Of a DNA stretch of 64,000 nt, positions 1-12,730 are shown piece after piece. Below the pieces are notes generated by a model. It searched no databases. It saw only the letters and a list, made by a program, of their open reading frames with translations, and was not told the DNA's origin. This DNA is from Paraspadella gotoi (taxonomy: Eukaryota > Animalia > Chaetognatha), in assembly GCA_051294375.1 (NCBI GenBank), contig CM119266.1:23130402-23194401 (forward strand), written 5' to 3'. Both the position numbers and the translations under genes were made by a program. Each line of letters starts with the position of its first letter. The first letter of the stretch is position 1.

Positions 1-270
1 AGTAAAAAACACTGGAAGGGCACAAAAAAAAAGGAAAAGGTAAAAGAAAATGAAGAAAAAAGGAGAGAAAAGAAAGGAGGGGAAAAGAAAAAAAGAAAAA
101 GAAAGGTACAGAAGGAGATAAAGTGAGGGGAAGAAAGATTAAAAGAAAGATTAGGATAGAAAAAAGATGAAAAGGGTTGAAAATAACAAGGGAAAAAAAT
201 GGGAAAAAATTGAAAAGAGAGGTGAAAAATATGGTGAAAAAAAGAAGAGAAGAATAAGAGAGGACAGGAA
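1..270. repeat. Purine-rich (A/G) low-complexity tract
   Basis: Almost pure A/G. Similar tracts lie at 12840-13030 and 25290-25640. Confidence 0.85.
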
Positions 271-1684
271 AAAAATACTTTTCTTTTAAAAAATCTAAGA
301 TTTTATACCAAAAAAAAAAATCATATTTAAAAATTAACCGAATTTAACCATTAAAATAAATATATTAACGGTTAGGTTAAAATTATTATTAATAACCGTT
401 AACTGTTAACGGTTATCCAATAATGGAAAAACTCTTTAAAATCATCATCATCATCATCGTACCATAATTTTTTTAGTTTTTGTTAATTTTAAGCAATAAA
501 AAAAAAATTAGAAATCTTGTAGTAATATTTTTTATTTATTTTTTCAATCTTTACCCGAATCCGTTTTTAAAAATTCTGATTTTGAAAAAAACATTTTTCA
601 TGAATTATAGTAATACTATAAACTTTAAATGCTTAAATGTTATTAACTACATATAAAATCTTAAATTAATTTTAATTTCGTCATCCCACAGGGATGCTCT
701 AACATTATTTATATTACAGAACTCTTAGTTTTTACTTTTTTCCGCCCTAATAAGTATGTATAATCTCAGTAAAAAAGTTAAAAAGGCATCGACTTGTTTC
801 TTTTTTTATATTTTCCTTTTTATTATGCAATACTGCCAATAAGACAGATCAATCATTTTTGCTCAAACTTGTATTTAACATGAAAAACCTTATGGATTTA
901 AAAAAAAAGTAGATTTTTAAATGTGAAGAAAAACAAAAAATAATATAAGACATAACTTATTTAGTTCTATAGAACTAAAGAAGTTTAGTTTACATTTTAA
1001 AATTTAGTAGGGGAGAGTTAAACAATTAATCTTGTAACTCTGTTGGTTTTCCAGTCTTGAACAAAATCTTTAGTTAAATAGATGGTAAAGAAATTCGACC
1101 TACACTGAATCTACACTGAATCTACACTGAATTTAAAGAGTTGCAGCCTAAATGATTGCAATAATATTGATTTAAAAATTTGTGAAAATGTGATAGAAAG
1201 ATATTTTGATAAACGTGTTCCAGTTAGAAAGAATTCAGGGTTAAAGTTTAAAAACGTTTCATTTTCAAGGATACAAGTTGAAATTTAAAAATGTCTCTCT
1301 ATTACATTTTTATATTTCACTAATAAAAAATTCATAAAAAATATCAGATGGATTGGCCTTTTCGTTTGACCTGCAATTCTTCAGATAGGTTTCTTTTATT
1401 TTATATTATAATTAAAAACGATATAAAATGGCGTAGAATGCATCAAATGTTTTAAATGAATACATTTTTGGAATCGCCAGGAGCTCAGCTTTTTGAATCA
1501 TTTTTGCCTATTTTCAAGTTGATTTGAATGACCCTTTTTCTTAAGCTTATCTTAAATCGATTTTAAGCAATTTTTTTAAAACGTTTTTTAAAAGTCAATT
1601 AGTCTATCAAATGCTATAATATAATTTAGGTATTATTAATTTTTATTTTATATTAGTCGACTTGGCTCACAGGATATTTTAATC

Positions 1685-2011
1685 GGCCTTCTTTTCTAAA
1701 AGCACCCTATTTCGGCTTAAATTCAGAAATAAAATCGTTTTTAGTTTTAAAATTTAAGATAAGGGTTAGGAATAATTTTATGGATTTGGTTATAGTTTTG
1801 GTAATTGATTAGGGTTTGGGCTTTGGGTTTAAGGTTAGGAAAGTAAAACTTTAAGGAAAGATATTATAGATAGAAATTAGGATTATGGATAAAGTTTAAG
1901 GAGTGGATGAAGCAATAAAAAGATAATACTTTATTAGGATTAATTAGTTAAGTTAAAAAATTATTTTTAAGGAATAGGAAAGAAAATTGAGCGCTTTCAG
2001 AAAATAGTGCC
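1685..2011. mobile_element. Degenerate MITE with internal TTAGGG-like repeats
   Basis: Imperfect TIRs (ggccttcttttctaaaagcac / gcgctttcagaaaatagtgcc) enclose ggttagg/gggttt-type units. Confidence 0.5.
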
Positions 2012-2080
2012 AACATAAAAAGGAAATTTGATTTTATAATTTTTATATATATTTTTAAACACTTGTATGTATTATTCAAG

Positions 2081-2265
2081 GTCTCAAGGGCGCTTCACAT
2101 GTAACTAATTTACTTGTAATTGCTGCTTCTGACTGCGATATGCTTTTATTAAAAAATGAAGATTATGCGGCTTGTTGCCGCTGTTTCCCAAAGGCAATAA
2201 TTTCCAAACTTACCCAAAATTATAAAATGATCATGCGAGCCGAAAAATTTCCGACAACAAGGAAG
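2081..2265 (+). CDS. Exon: CNBD C-terminal part (GLKGASHVTNLLVIAASDCDMLLLKNEDYAACCRCFPKAIISKLTQNYKMIMRAEKFPTTRK)
   Basis: Acceptor ttcaag, donor gttaag, open frame. VIAASDCDMLLL..EDY.....FP resembles the CNBD 'V.A...C.L..L...D.......FP' pattern. Ends in phase 0. Confidence 0.7.
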
Positions 2266-2857
2266 GTTAAGTCTTAAGAATAAAAGAAATAAAAATCGTA
2301 CTGTGTGTCCCAGTGGTACTGTCTGTTAATAAAAGCTTATTGCTCCAATACCAGATCGAAAAACTTTAAAATTCATTATCATCAATTAGCGCAGATGTAT
2401 AGACCATTTTATAGGATACCTAAATTTTAGAAAATTGAACCAATTAAACTCCTGTAGTTATCACACAAAGTAAATGGATAAAAAAATTTTATCAGTAATT
2501 TTTAAAAAAAGATTTTTAAATTAAATATATTTTTTTTAATATTTAATAAATATATTTTATGAAATTGGTACAACCAATATAAAAATTATCCAATTATAAA
2601 AAACTTTTAATAACATTTTAAGAAATAAATAGCAATCTTTTGTTCTGGCTTTATGATTCAATCGCTCACAACTTAAAATAATGTAATTTAAATATCAAAA
2701 TAATTAACATATTTTTATTCATTTTTTTATTATATGTTTTTTTCTTTTCATCGCCTAAGTACTTTTTTTTACAAAATTAAAATTTGAATAATTATATTTA
2801 TTTATTTTAAAATATAAAATGTAATCTAAAAATTTAAAAAGTGAAAAACTAGGACTC

Positions 2858-3510
2858 TGAAGAGATAGTAATTAATGTTATGAGTTAATGACAGAACCGT
2901 TCAATATAAGCAGTCCCTGAGCTTCGAATCAGGCTGTAACACTGTGTTACAGGCGGGTTAAGCGCCCTGTCCCTCTTAACTGCAAGGTGGCCACCGGGCT
3001 AGAACCCCGGACCTTTGGGTTGGGAAGCGAATGACTTGCCTCCGGCACCAATGGCCGCTGATGAACGGTTGGTGGATTTTAGTCCACCATACATCCCCCC
3101 CTCCCGTAGGGAGAAGTCTGTTGCGTCTCTTCAGTGAATTGTTGTTGTTGGTGGAAAGTGCGGCACCAAGTTGAGGCATGTCGCCTGATGTGTTGTTGGC
3201 GGAAAGTGCATCGCCAGGTTGAGGCATGTTGCCTGAAAGTGTTGTTGCTGTTGTGTTCGGAAGTCAGGCTCACCAATGAAGAGATAGTAATTAATGTTAT
3301 GTGTTAGTGATAGAACAGTTCAATATAAGCAGTCCCTGAGCTTCGGATCAGGCTGTAACACCGTGTTACAGGCCGGTTAAGCGCCCCGTCCCTCTTAACT
3401 GCTAGGCGGCCACCGGGCTAGAACCCCGGACCTTTGGGTTGGGAAGCGAATGACTTGCCTCCGGCACCAATGGCCGCTGATGAACGGTTGGTGGATTTTA
3501 GTTCACCATA
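2858..3510 (-). mobile_element. Complete TRIM (family 1) with tRNA-like LTRs
   Basis: Two 234-bp LTRs (2858-3091, 3277-3510), PBS TGGTGAGCC.. next to the 5' LTR, PPT GGGAGGGGGGG at 3094-3105, and a 4-bp TSD ACTC (2854-2857 / 3511-3514). Confidence 0.92.
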
Positions 3511-3785
3511 ACTCCTTTAAATTAAATGTTATACAATTAAAAATTGATAAAAAAATGAATTCGATATATAGTATCATAAATGGTAAAAACTTATCTTTTA
3601 CACCGGTATTTCAGAAATAAGATTTAACAACACAGTTCTGCACGATATGTAAAAGTACCATAGTAAAAGTAAATTGTGAAATAGTGAAATGTCTGTGTCC
3701 ACAACGAATTAATCAAGTCAAATTGTATATCTGCTGTTTTTTAATTACTTTCGTCTATAAACCAACTGTATTTAACGGTTCAATT

Positions 3786-4290
3786 GGGATTCCTCCCAAC
3801 AGGATTCCTCCCACACGGGATTCCTCCCACACGGGTTTCCTCCCACACGGGATTCCTCCCCAAGGGATTCCTCCCAATGGAATTGCTCCCACACGGGATT
3901 CCTCCCAAAGTAATTCCTCCCACACGGGATTCCTCCCAAAGAAATTCCTCCCACGCGGGATTCCTCCCACACGGGGTTCCTCCCCACAGAATTCCTCCCC
4001 ATGGAATTGCTCCCATGCGGGATTCCTCCCATGCGGGATTCCTCCCACGCGGGATTCCTCCCACGCGGGATTCCTCCCACACGGGATTCCTTCCACGCGG
4101 GATTCCTCTCACGCAGGATTCTTCCCTCACGGGATTCCTCCCATGCGGGATTCCTCCCACACGGGATTCCTCCCACGTGGGATTCCTCCCACGCGGGATT
4201 CCTCCCACGCAGGATTCCTACCACACAGGATTCCTCCCACGCAGGATTCCTCTCACACGGGATTCCTCCCACGCGGGATTTCTCCCACGT
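3786..4290 (+). repeat. 16-bp minisatellite (GGGATTCCTCCCACAC)n
   Basis: Direct tandem units. Explains the overlapping GIPP/WEES ORFs. Confidence 0.95.
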
Positions 4291-4299
4291 CCAATAGAA

Positions 4300-4760
4300 A
4301 AAAAACAGATTTGAGCAAACAATGTCGGATCTGCCTATGATAATCAAGTGGTAATAAGCTAACTTGGTCAACTTGCATAATTTAATCAACTTGCATTATT
4401 TAGTCAACTGGCATAATTTGGTCAACTGACATAATTTTGTCAGCTGGTATAATTTGGTCAACTGACAAAATTTGGTCAACTGGCATAATTTGGTTAACAG
4501 GCATAATTTGGTCAACTGGCATAATTTGGTCAACCTGCAGAATTTGGTCAACTGGCATATTTTTGTCAATTGGCATAATTTGGTCTATCAATCAATCAAT
4601 CAATCAGAGAGAGATAGAGAGAGAGAAACTTTAAAAAATTAAAATAAATGTGTCTTTTGGTTTTCTAATTTGAACTCTTTTCCACAACTACGATTACATC
4701 AAAAAATTTATATCCAGCTTTATCACATACTTTCCTACCCACACACAAAATTTTATTTTA
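4300..4760 (-). mobile_element. HINE/DINE-like 3' portion with an 18-bp repeat (GGCATAATTTGGTCAACT)n
   Basis: Family 3' end tttgagcaaacaatgtcggatctgcc, 18-bp array at 4400-4590, (TCAA)n, (AG)n and the shared core. Confidence 0.7.
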
Positions 4761-4819
4761 ATGAATCAATTTTTTTCCTTGCAACAAGAACATGCAACTA
4801 GAAAGATAATCACAATTTA

Positions 4820-5450
4820 AGGGGAGGAATCCCGTGTGGGAGGAATCGCGTGTGTGAGGAATCCTGTGTGGGAGGAATCCCGTGTGGGAGGAATCCCGTG
4901 TGGGAGGAAATCAGTGTGGAGGAATCCCGTGTGGGAGGAATCCCGTGTGGGAGGAATCCCGAGTGGGAGGAAACCCGTGTGGGAGGAATCCCGCGTGAGA
5001 GGAATCCCGTGTGGGAGGAATACGTGTGGGAGGAATCCCGTGTGGGAGGAATCCCGTGTGGGAGGAATACCGTGTGGGAGGAATCCCGTGTGGGAGGAAT
5101 CCCGAGTGGGAGGAATCCCGTGTGGGAGGAATCCTGCATGGGAGGAATCCCGTGTGGGAGGAATCCTGCATGGGAGGAATCCCGTGTGGGAGGAGTCCCG
5201 TGTGGGAGGAATCCCGCGTGAGAGGATTTCTTTGGGGAGGAATCCCGTGTGGGAGGAATCCCGTGTGGGAGGAATTCTATGGGGAGGAATTCCATGGGGT
5301 GGAATCCCGTGTGGGAGGAATTCCTTTGGGAGGAATTCCGTGTGGGAGTTATCCCGCGGGGAGGAATCTCGTGTGGGAGGAATCCCATGGGGAGGAATCC
5401 CGCGTGGGAGGAATCCAGTTGGGAGGAAACCCGTGTGGGAGGAATACCAC
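4820..5450 (-). repeat. Inverted copy of the 16-bp minisatellite
   Basis: (GTGTGGGAGGAATCCC)n. Confidence 0.95.
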
Positions 5451-5510
5451 AGCCACCGTATTTAACTCATAAAAAATTATTTTTCATTAATATAGATCAA
5501 GACTTTTCAG

Positions 5511-5635
5511 CCAGAAAAATTTTATAATGCTGCTATATCTTACATGAAAACGAGAGATCCTAACGTTTGGATTGACGTGGTTGCAAGAAGTAAGGTTAAT
5601 ATTGATGTAAAGATGAAAGAAACTCGGCTTGAAAA
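5511..5635 (+). CDS. Exon: linker (PEKFYNAAISYMKTRDPNVWIDVVARSKVNIDVKMKETRLEK)
   Basis: Acceptor cttttcag, donor gtgagt. Phase 0 start and phase 2 end match both neighbouring exons. Confidence 0.7.
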
Positions 5636-7569
5636 GTGAGTTCGTTTTTCACCTTTTTTAAAAAGTTACTTTTTGTACTCCAACCATAACAGAGGCTATA
5701 TTAAATGTATTTTCAAAAGTATTTCATAAATAATTAATTACTAATATTTTCTTTTAAAATTTTGTTTGTCATTTATTATGACATTTGGCCATATTTTCTC
5801 GTTTCATCTTCAATTCAGAATTAAAAATGACGTGAAGGGTTTGGGATAGGGGATAGGTTAGGTAATAGGGTTAGAGGTTTGTGATTAGATTTGGTTAAAG
5901 ATTTTGTTAAGGATTAAGGTTAATGATTTGGGCTTGTTTACAAAAGTCGCGAAGAATTTTGTTACATTGGTTAGCGTTCTACGGTCGCGAATAATTTTTG
6001 AGACACCAGTTTTCTCATATACGGCCCAAGTTACTGACCTACCACATTAAGTGTCACATGGGTATACTTTAAGATTTTTTAGGTTTCAGAGCTGGCACTT
6101 TTTTGTTTCTTTCACATTCTCTCTGCCCTACCGTGTATTGCAATATAATTTCCAAAAAAAATTTAGATATTTTAAGTTTTTTTAATTGATTCTGTTAGAG
6201 CTCAAAAAGTTAAGCAAAAAATGTAATTACAACTTTTTAAAATTTTAATGTTTTATTACTGAAAATTAAAAAACTGCTAAAATTATCGGATGATAATAAT
6301 GATGATAATTTTATAAGGTTTTCCTAATTTTAACCCACTTATCATCAAAATATTTTTAAAAAAATTATACTTTGTTTCCACAATTTCTTTTCGAATTTAA
6401 ATATATACAAATTATACATTTACAATTATTGAACTTTCTAAATTTTAAAAATTTTATTGGAAAAATCATTAACGCCTCATATTTAAATAGAAAATAATAC
6501 GTTTTGGCGTAGTTTTTACGCCACCAGCGCCAACAAAAATGTAAAAAATAAGAAATCAAAGCTGAATGCAATACTTTTTTAATTAAAAAAAAAGCGTTTT
6601 TAAAAATTTTAGTTGAATTGACGTCATTCAGTTGGCGTAATTCCCATATTTAAAAAACAAACTGCCAATTAATGATCAAAGTACACTTCGTAAGGTTTAA
6701 ATCAATCGAATGAAGAAAAAAAGTATTTTTTAATTTTTTGTGCAATACCTTAATTTTGACAGTTCTATTGTTTCTGCAAGCTGATTGGTCGGAGCCGATT
6801 TCATTTCGACCAATCATGATTCGGTGATTCCATTTCTGCGGCGATCGCCCGATCCTCCAATCCGGTTTCGTTTTAGGGAATGTTGATTCTCCTGCGATGA
6901 TATCGAAGTATGATAAATTATGCCAAAAAAATGATGTCCATCCGTTCGTCCGTTGGTCCGTCTGTCTGTCTGAAGGTCCGTTCCATGCCAGATGAGCAAA
7001 TTATGCCAGTTGACGAAATTTTTCCAGTTGACCGAATTATGCCAGTTGAACAATTTTTTTAGATTTTTTTGGAATAAGTTTCATAATTATCTGGAAGCGT
7101 TTTATGCATTAAGATGGATGAACTTTTATTTTTTATTCCTATTTTTTAGCAAAAATATAATGTTTTCAAACAGTACACGATAGATGATTTTTTTTACAAT
7201 AGATGGTAATTTTTTTTTTTTATAATACCAAAAACAGTATTGCCTAAATCAGATACTATCTAGGAAAAAAGTATATAACATTTTTAACAAAGGATATCTA
7301 TTTGAAAACTTGTTTGATTTTAAAAAAAATGTTTCCTAATCTACATTTAATTTCTTTTCAGTAGCTTCCTTCCAATTTTTTGTAGGTTAAATCGTTTAGA
7401 AGTTACAGCCCAAAAATATTGTTACTTGAAATAAAATATAGCAAAAAAAATTAAATATAATTTTTTTCCATTTTTAGAATTTAGTTATTTGTTTTTATTT
7501 TTAATAGAGTTAGTTATTTTTTTTTTTAAATTTGGCAATGCTAAAGGCCTTGCACCTTTTTTTGGTTCA

Positions 7570-7753
7570 TAAAAGTGTTATTATACATTTTAGAAAATAA
7601 GTAAAGATATGCAACATCATCATCGGGGCTGAAAAAAAATTATGTTAAAGATGTGGAAAAAAATTTTACTGTCATACCTCAATTTGCTGTATGAGAGCAT
7701 GCCCAGACTAATGCAGGTAGTAGTCGATGCCAAAAAGGGTATACCAAATATTG
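7570..7753 (+). pseudogene. Tc1-type transposase C-terminal remnant
   Basis: Translates with frameshifts as ..MLKMWKKILLSYLNLLYESMPRLMQVVVDAKKG.TKY*, matching the Tc1 terminus 'SMP.R...V..AKG..TKY'. Confidence 0.7.
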
Positions 7754-7994
7754 AGAATGTTTTACCCATATTTTGTATACTTTTTATTGAATAAATGAAT
7801 TATGTTATAAACTTTTTTCCTTGATAGTAGATGTTTATTTTAGGAAGGCTAGTATTTTTTTTAACGTTTTTACTTTTTTTTAATTTTTTTAAATTTTTAA
7901 TACCAAAGACAGTATTAACATAATCAGAAACAATAACAGTGTAAAAGACTGAAAAACAAGTAAAAACTAAACTGCATATTGAAATTCAATGAAA

Positions 7995-8400
7995 ATAATC
8001 TTAAAAGAATAGGATCGAGACTACCTTCAATATTGATGCGATGATAATCAAATATTGATGCGATGATAACCAATAATTGATGCGATGATAACCAAATGAT
8101 CGATGTGATGTTAACCAAATGATTGATGTGTTAATAACCAAATGATTGATGCGATGATAGTCATTCATTGATGTGATGATAATCATTCATTGATACGATG
8201 ATAGTCATTCATTGATGCGATGATAGTCATTCATTCATTCATAAATAAAACTGACAAATGCGTGTATGAGTGAAAGAGAGAGAGAAAGAAAGAGAGATAG
8301 AAAGAAAGAGAATAAATCCACGAAAATCTCGGATGTAAATTTGGGATTTTGCATTGAGGAAAAAGCACGGAATAAATAGCGATAATAAAAGTTTTTAAGG
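7995..8400 (+). mobile_element. Half copy of the 20-bp-minisatellite foldback element
   Basis: Matches the left arm and centre of 52222-53124. Confidence 0.8.
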
Positions 8401-8477
8401 GAACATAATGATGGGGTGGGTGTTTTTATGAAATCATAACGTTTAAAGCTTGATCTTAAGTCCACTTCAAAAAGCTA

Positions 8478-11400
8478 CAGTACCGGAAACCTAGAATGTC
8501 GTAAGTCTGTACATGGGATAACTTTTCCATTTATAGGATTAATGGCTTTAGGATTTTATAGGAAGTTGCCTGGATGGCTGGCTATTGCCCATTTAAGCAA
8601 TTTTTCAAAAAAATAATCTTAAACCACTTAAGAATTGGGTCAATTTTTTTTTTAAAAAACTTGCATAGCTCTAATATATTTTAAATTTTTTTCTTAAAAT
8701 TTTGCCAACTTATACTCAAGAGGGTTTGTAAACTTCTGTAGAAATATTGTTACTTTCAAAAATTTTTTTTCCATATTTATTAGTGCTAATATTTTAGATG
8801 GGTCATTTTTTCAATGATGCATAACTTCCTTATTTGTGAATATTACGTTTTAAATTTTAGTAATAGGTGGGCCTTGGGTAGTCCTCAATACATATAAATT
8901 TCAATCATTTTGAAAAACTTTTTGACACAGGTCAATTTTTTATTTCAAATTCAATTGTCAATCCTGCTAAAAATATTATTGCAAATAATGTTATTCTTTG
9001 CCTATAAATTAGTTAAAACATATTTAAAATAAGCCTAAAGCAAAAAATTTTTCTCAACATTTTTAAAAACTCATTTGCATATTGTTGCATTTTATATTTT
9101 TTAATTTTTTTCACATAAAACTAAATCCATTTTTTACAAATTTTTGGTACACAAATAATATATAATCAAACCTTTAACAAATATACCATCAAACGCTAAT
9201 TTTTAAGAAATTTCAAATATTTTTAATTATTTTATATATTACTAAAATTATGATTTTAATAAGCATTCTGCTAACTTTTTCAAAGTGGGGCATCATTGAA
9301 AAGAGGGCAACTCAAGAGATATCCAAATATATAATTTTTTTACACAAATTTAATGTCCCAAAGCTAGAGATAATTCTTTCCAAAGTGCTCAAAAAATTGA
9401 AAAAAACACAACTTTTTAATTGTTAATAAAAAAATGCGACTATGATAGTTTTGTTTCAATACTTAGTAACTAGGTCAAGAATTGTTCATATTTTGTGGTG
9501 AAGTCATGTCCATGGAAGAAAATAAATATTATAGTAGATTCCTCAATCGATTTTTAAATTTGGCTGAACATTTTACTCTTTTTTACCAAGTTTTTAGAGT
9601 ATGCTAAACGTTTCTCTGATTACGCAAAATAGAATTTGAGAAATAAAAAATTAATAGTATCAATAGTTGGTGTTATGTCTCAAATAGATGGGAAAAAAAC
9701 CTTGTTTAAAAATTTGATCTGGAATAGGGGTAACTTAGGCGTACCAATGGCATTGTCCATGCCAATCGTTCTTTCAAATAATTTTTTTTATTTAATACAT
9801 TTGAAAGGGGAAAAAAGGAAATTCGAAATGCTGGTGGTATGAAAGTTATAGAAAATCTGGCCATGGTGACTTGATAATCAAGACCTTTTATGTCTTGTGT
9901 AATGGGGGCAGTAAATAGACCCAAAAAATTCAATCAATAAGTCAGTCAATCAACCCTTTCAAATAGACTGTTCTGCAAAATTTTTTCTCTTCACTCAAAA
10001 ATTTATTTTCTTCACTAAAAAATTTCGCAGAACAACCTATTTGAAAGGGTTGATTGACTGACTTAATGATTACATTTTTTGGGTTTATTTACTGCCCTCA
10101 TTACGCAAGACATAAAAGGTCATGATTTTCAAGTCACTATGCCCGGATTTTTTATAACTTTCATGCCACCAGCATTTTGAATTTCCTTTTTTCGCCTTTC
10201 AAATGTATTAAATAAAAAAAATTATTTGAAAGAACGATTGGCATGGACGATGCCATTGGTACGCCTAAGTTATCCCTATTCCAGATCAAATTTCTAAACA
10301 AGGTTTTTTTTTTCATCTATTTGAGACATAACACCAACTATTGGTACTATTAATTTTTTATTTCTCAAATTCTATTTTGCGTAATCAGAGAAACATTTAG
10401 CATACTCTAAAAACTTGGTAAAAAAGAGTAAAATGTTCTGCCAAATTTAAAAATCGATTGAGGAATCTACTATAATATTTATTTTCTTCCCTGTACATGA
10501 CATTACCACAAAATATGAACAATTCTTGACCTAGTTACCAAGTATTGAAACAAAACTATCATAGTCGCATTTTCGATTAACGATTAAAAAGTAATGTTTT
10601 TTTCAATTTTTGAGCACTTTGGAAAGAATTATGCCTCTGCTTTGGGACATTAAATTTGGTAAAAAAAATTATATATTTGGAAATCCTTGAGTTGCCCTCT
10701 TGTTCATGCATGCCACTTTGAAAAAGTTAGCAGAATGCTTATTAAAATATAATTTTAGTAATATATAAAATACATTAAAAATATTTGAAATTTCTTAAAA
10801 ATTAGGTGTTTGATGCGTATATTTTTAAAGCGTTTGATTATATTACTTTCTGTGTACCAAAAATTTTAAAAAAATGATTAGTTTTATGTGAAAAAATTTA
10901 AAAATTATAAAATGCAACAATATGCAAATGAGTTTTTAAAAATGTTGAGAAAAATTTTTTGCTTTAGGCTTATTTTAAATATGTTTTTAACTTGATTTAT
11001 GAGGCAAAGAATAACATTATTTGCCAATAATATTTTTAGCAGGATTGACAATTGAAATTTGGAAAACAAAAAAAAATTGACCTGTGTCAAAAGTTTTTCA
11101 AAATGATTTGAAATTTATATGTATTGTAGGAGCTACCCAAGGCCGCACCTATTACTAAAATTTAAAACCATAATATTCACAAATAAGGAAGTTATGCATC
11201 ATTGAAAAATGACCCATCTAAAATATTAGCACTGATAAATATGGAAAAAAAAATTTTTTGATAGTAACAATATTTCTAAGCAGAAGTTTACAAACCCTCT
11301 TGAGTATAAGTTGGCAAAATTTTAAGAAAAAAATTTAAAATATATTAAGCTATGCAAGTTTTTAAAAAAAAAATTTTGACCCAATTTTTAAGTGGTTTTA

Positions 11401-11543
11401 AGATTATTTTTTTGAAAAATTGCTTAAATGGGCAATAGCCAGCCATCCAGGCAAACTTCCTATAAAATCTAAAGCTTTTTATCCTATAAATGGAAAAGTT
11501 TTCCAATGTACAGACCTTACGACATTCTTGGTTTCCGGTACTG
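8478..11543. mobile_element. 3.07-kb palindromic non-autonomous Tc1/mariner-type element
   Basis: Ends CAGTACCGGAAACC / GGTTTCCGGTACTG flanked by TA on both sides. Arms of ~1.5 kb are complementary up to a ~30-bp loop at 9987-10016. Confidence 0.85.
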
Positions 11544-12290
11544 TAACTATTTTTTATTACAAGAAATAAGATTTTAAAATTAGATTAAAGAAGAAAACTT
11601 CATGTAATAGGTGTTACTTCGGAAAAGGGCACGTAATAATAGAATTTATATGTGAGGTTTTTGAATACAGAATGGTGATTAAAGAAAGAAGAAAAAACAA
11701 ATACAAAACAAAAAAAAAAAAATATAAAAGTATAAGGATCTCGCCACAAAATCTAGATCAAGTAAGTTATTGTATTTTGGGATTTTGTATTGAGAAAAAA
11801 GCGCGGAATAAATGGCGATAATAAAAGCTTTTAGAAAGAAAAAAAATAATCATAATTTTTCAAAAAACGAACGGTCACGCAAGAGATGGTACAGAGAGAG
11901 ACAGACACACACGGAGAGAGAAGAAAGAGAGACGGAGAGAGACGGAGAGAGACGGAGAGAAGCGTAACATTTCTGCCGTTTAAGTTATTCTTCACTTTTT
12001 CTAAAATAAATCCACGAAAATCTCGGATGTAAATTTTGGATTTTGTATTGAGAAAAAAGCGCGGAATAAATGGCGATAATAAAAGTTTTTAGAATGAAAA
12101 AAATAATCAGAATTTAAAAAAAAAGAACGATCACGCAAGAGATAGTACAGAGAAAGAGAGAGAGAGAGAGAATATTGAATATTGAAAGCAAAAGTGAGGC
12201 CCTAGGCCAGTGTTTTACACTGCCTTTAAAAGCTACTTTTTTGAGAAATTATTACTCATTTCATATAATAACGAGAACTGATGTATTCTA

Positions 12291-12730
12291 CTATTCATCT
12301 AGGTTACAGATTGTGTGCGCTCTTTCTAATTCGCAATTTAAACATTTACTCGTGTCAGAAACTCGGTCCCAACCCAGCAAAATTTCTATTGGAGAAATGT
12401 TAGTATAAACAGTGTTTGGAGCAATGCGATCAATGATACTATCAAATAATGAGTTTGTAAAAATAATACGTTTTAATCTACGGGCTGAAATATTACGTAT
12501 ATAGTCAGAGAGTGGAATCATACTGGCCGCATCTAAAGCAATATCTTTATCAATATGTACAGGAAGTTTATGAAATATTTTAATAGCATGTAGTTGTAAT
12601 TTGTCAAATTTCTCCGTGGTATTTACCAGCAGTTAGAAAACAGGGAGATGAGTATAAAAATAATGATACCACAAGAGATGAAAATAAATGGTGAACAAGA
12701 TTAAAATTGTCTACGCCAAACCTATATAAA
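12291..12730 (-). pseudogene. Non-LTR retrotransposon (LINE) post-RT fragment
   Basis: LFSSLVVSLFLYSSPCFLTAGKYH / LQLHAIKIFHKLPVHID..MIPLSDYI (one frameshift near 12605) fits the LINE 'Y.S....L.Y.SP.W..A...H...L..LQ..A.R' pattern. Confidence 0.65.

Noticed and set aside
2988-3056. Genuine tRNA genes here, at 21187-21260 and in the array arms
   Set aside because: Anticodon stems are broken and the sequences are embedded in mobile repeats, so they are tRNA-derived only.
3057-3091. CTGATGA in the TRIM LTR as a hammerhead (retrozyme)
   Set aside because: No downstream GAAA core or cleavage triplet.
3786-4290. Possible CRISPR array
   Set aside because: No unique spacers, no cas genes, and a eukaryotic context.
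3684-5527. Long overlapping ORFs (GIPPTRDSSH / WEESRVGG)
   Set aside because: The stop-free 16-bp minisatellite is open in all frames, so these are not genes.
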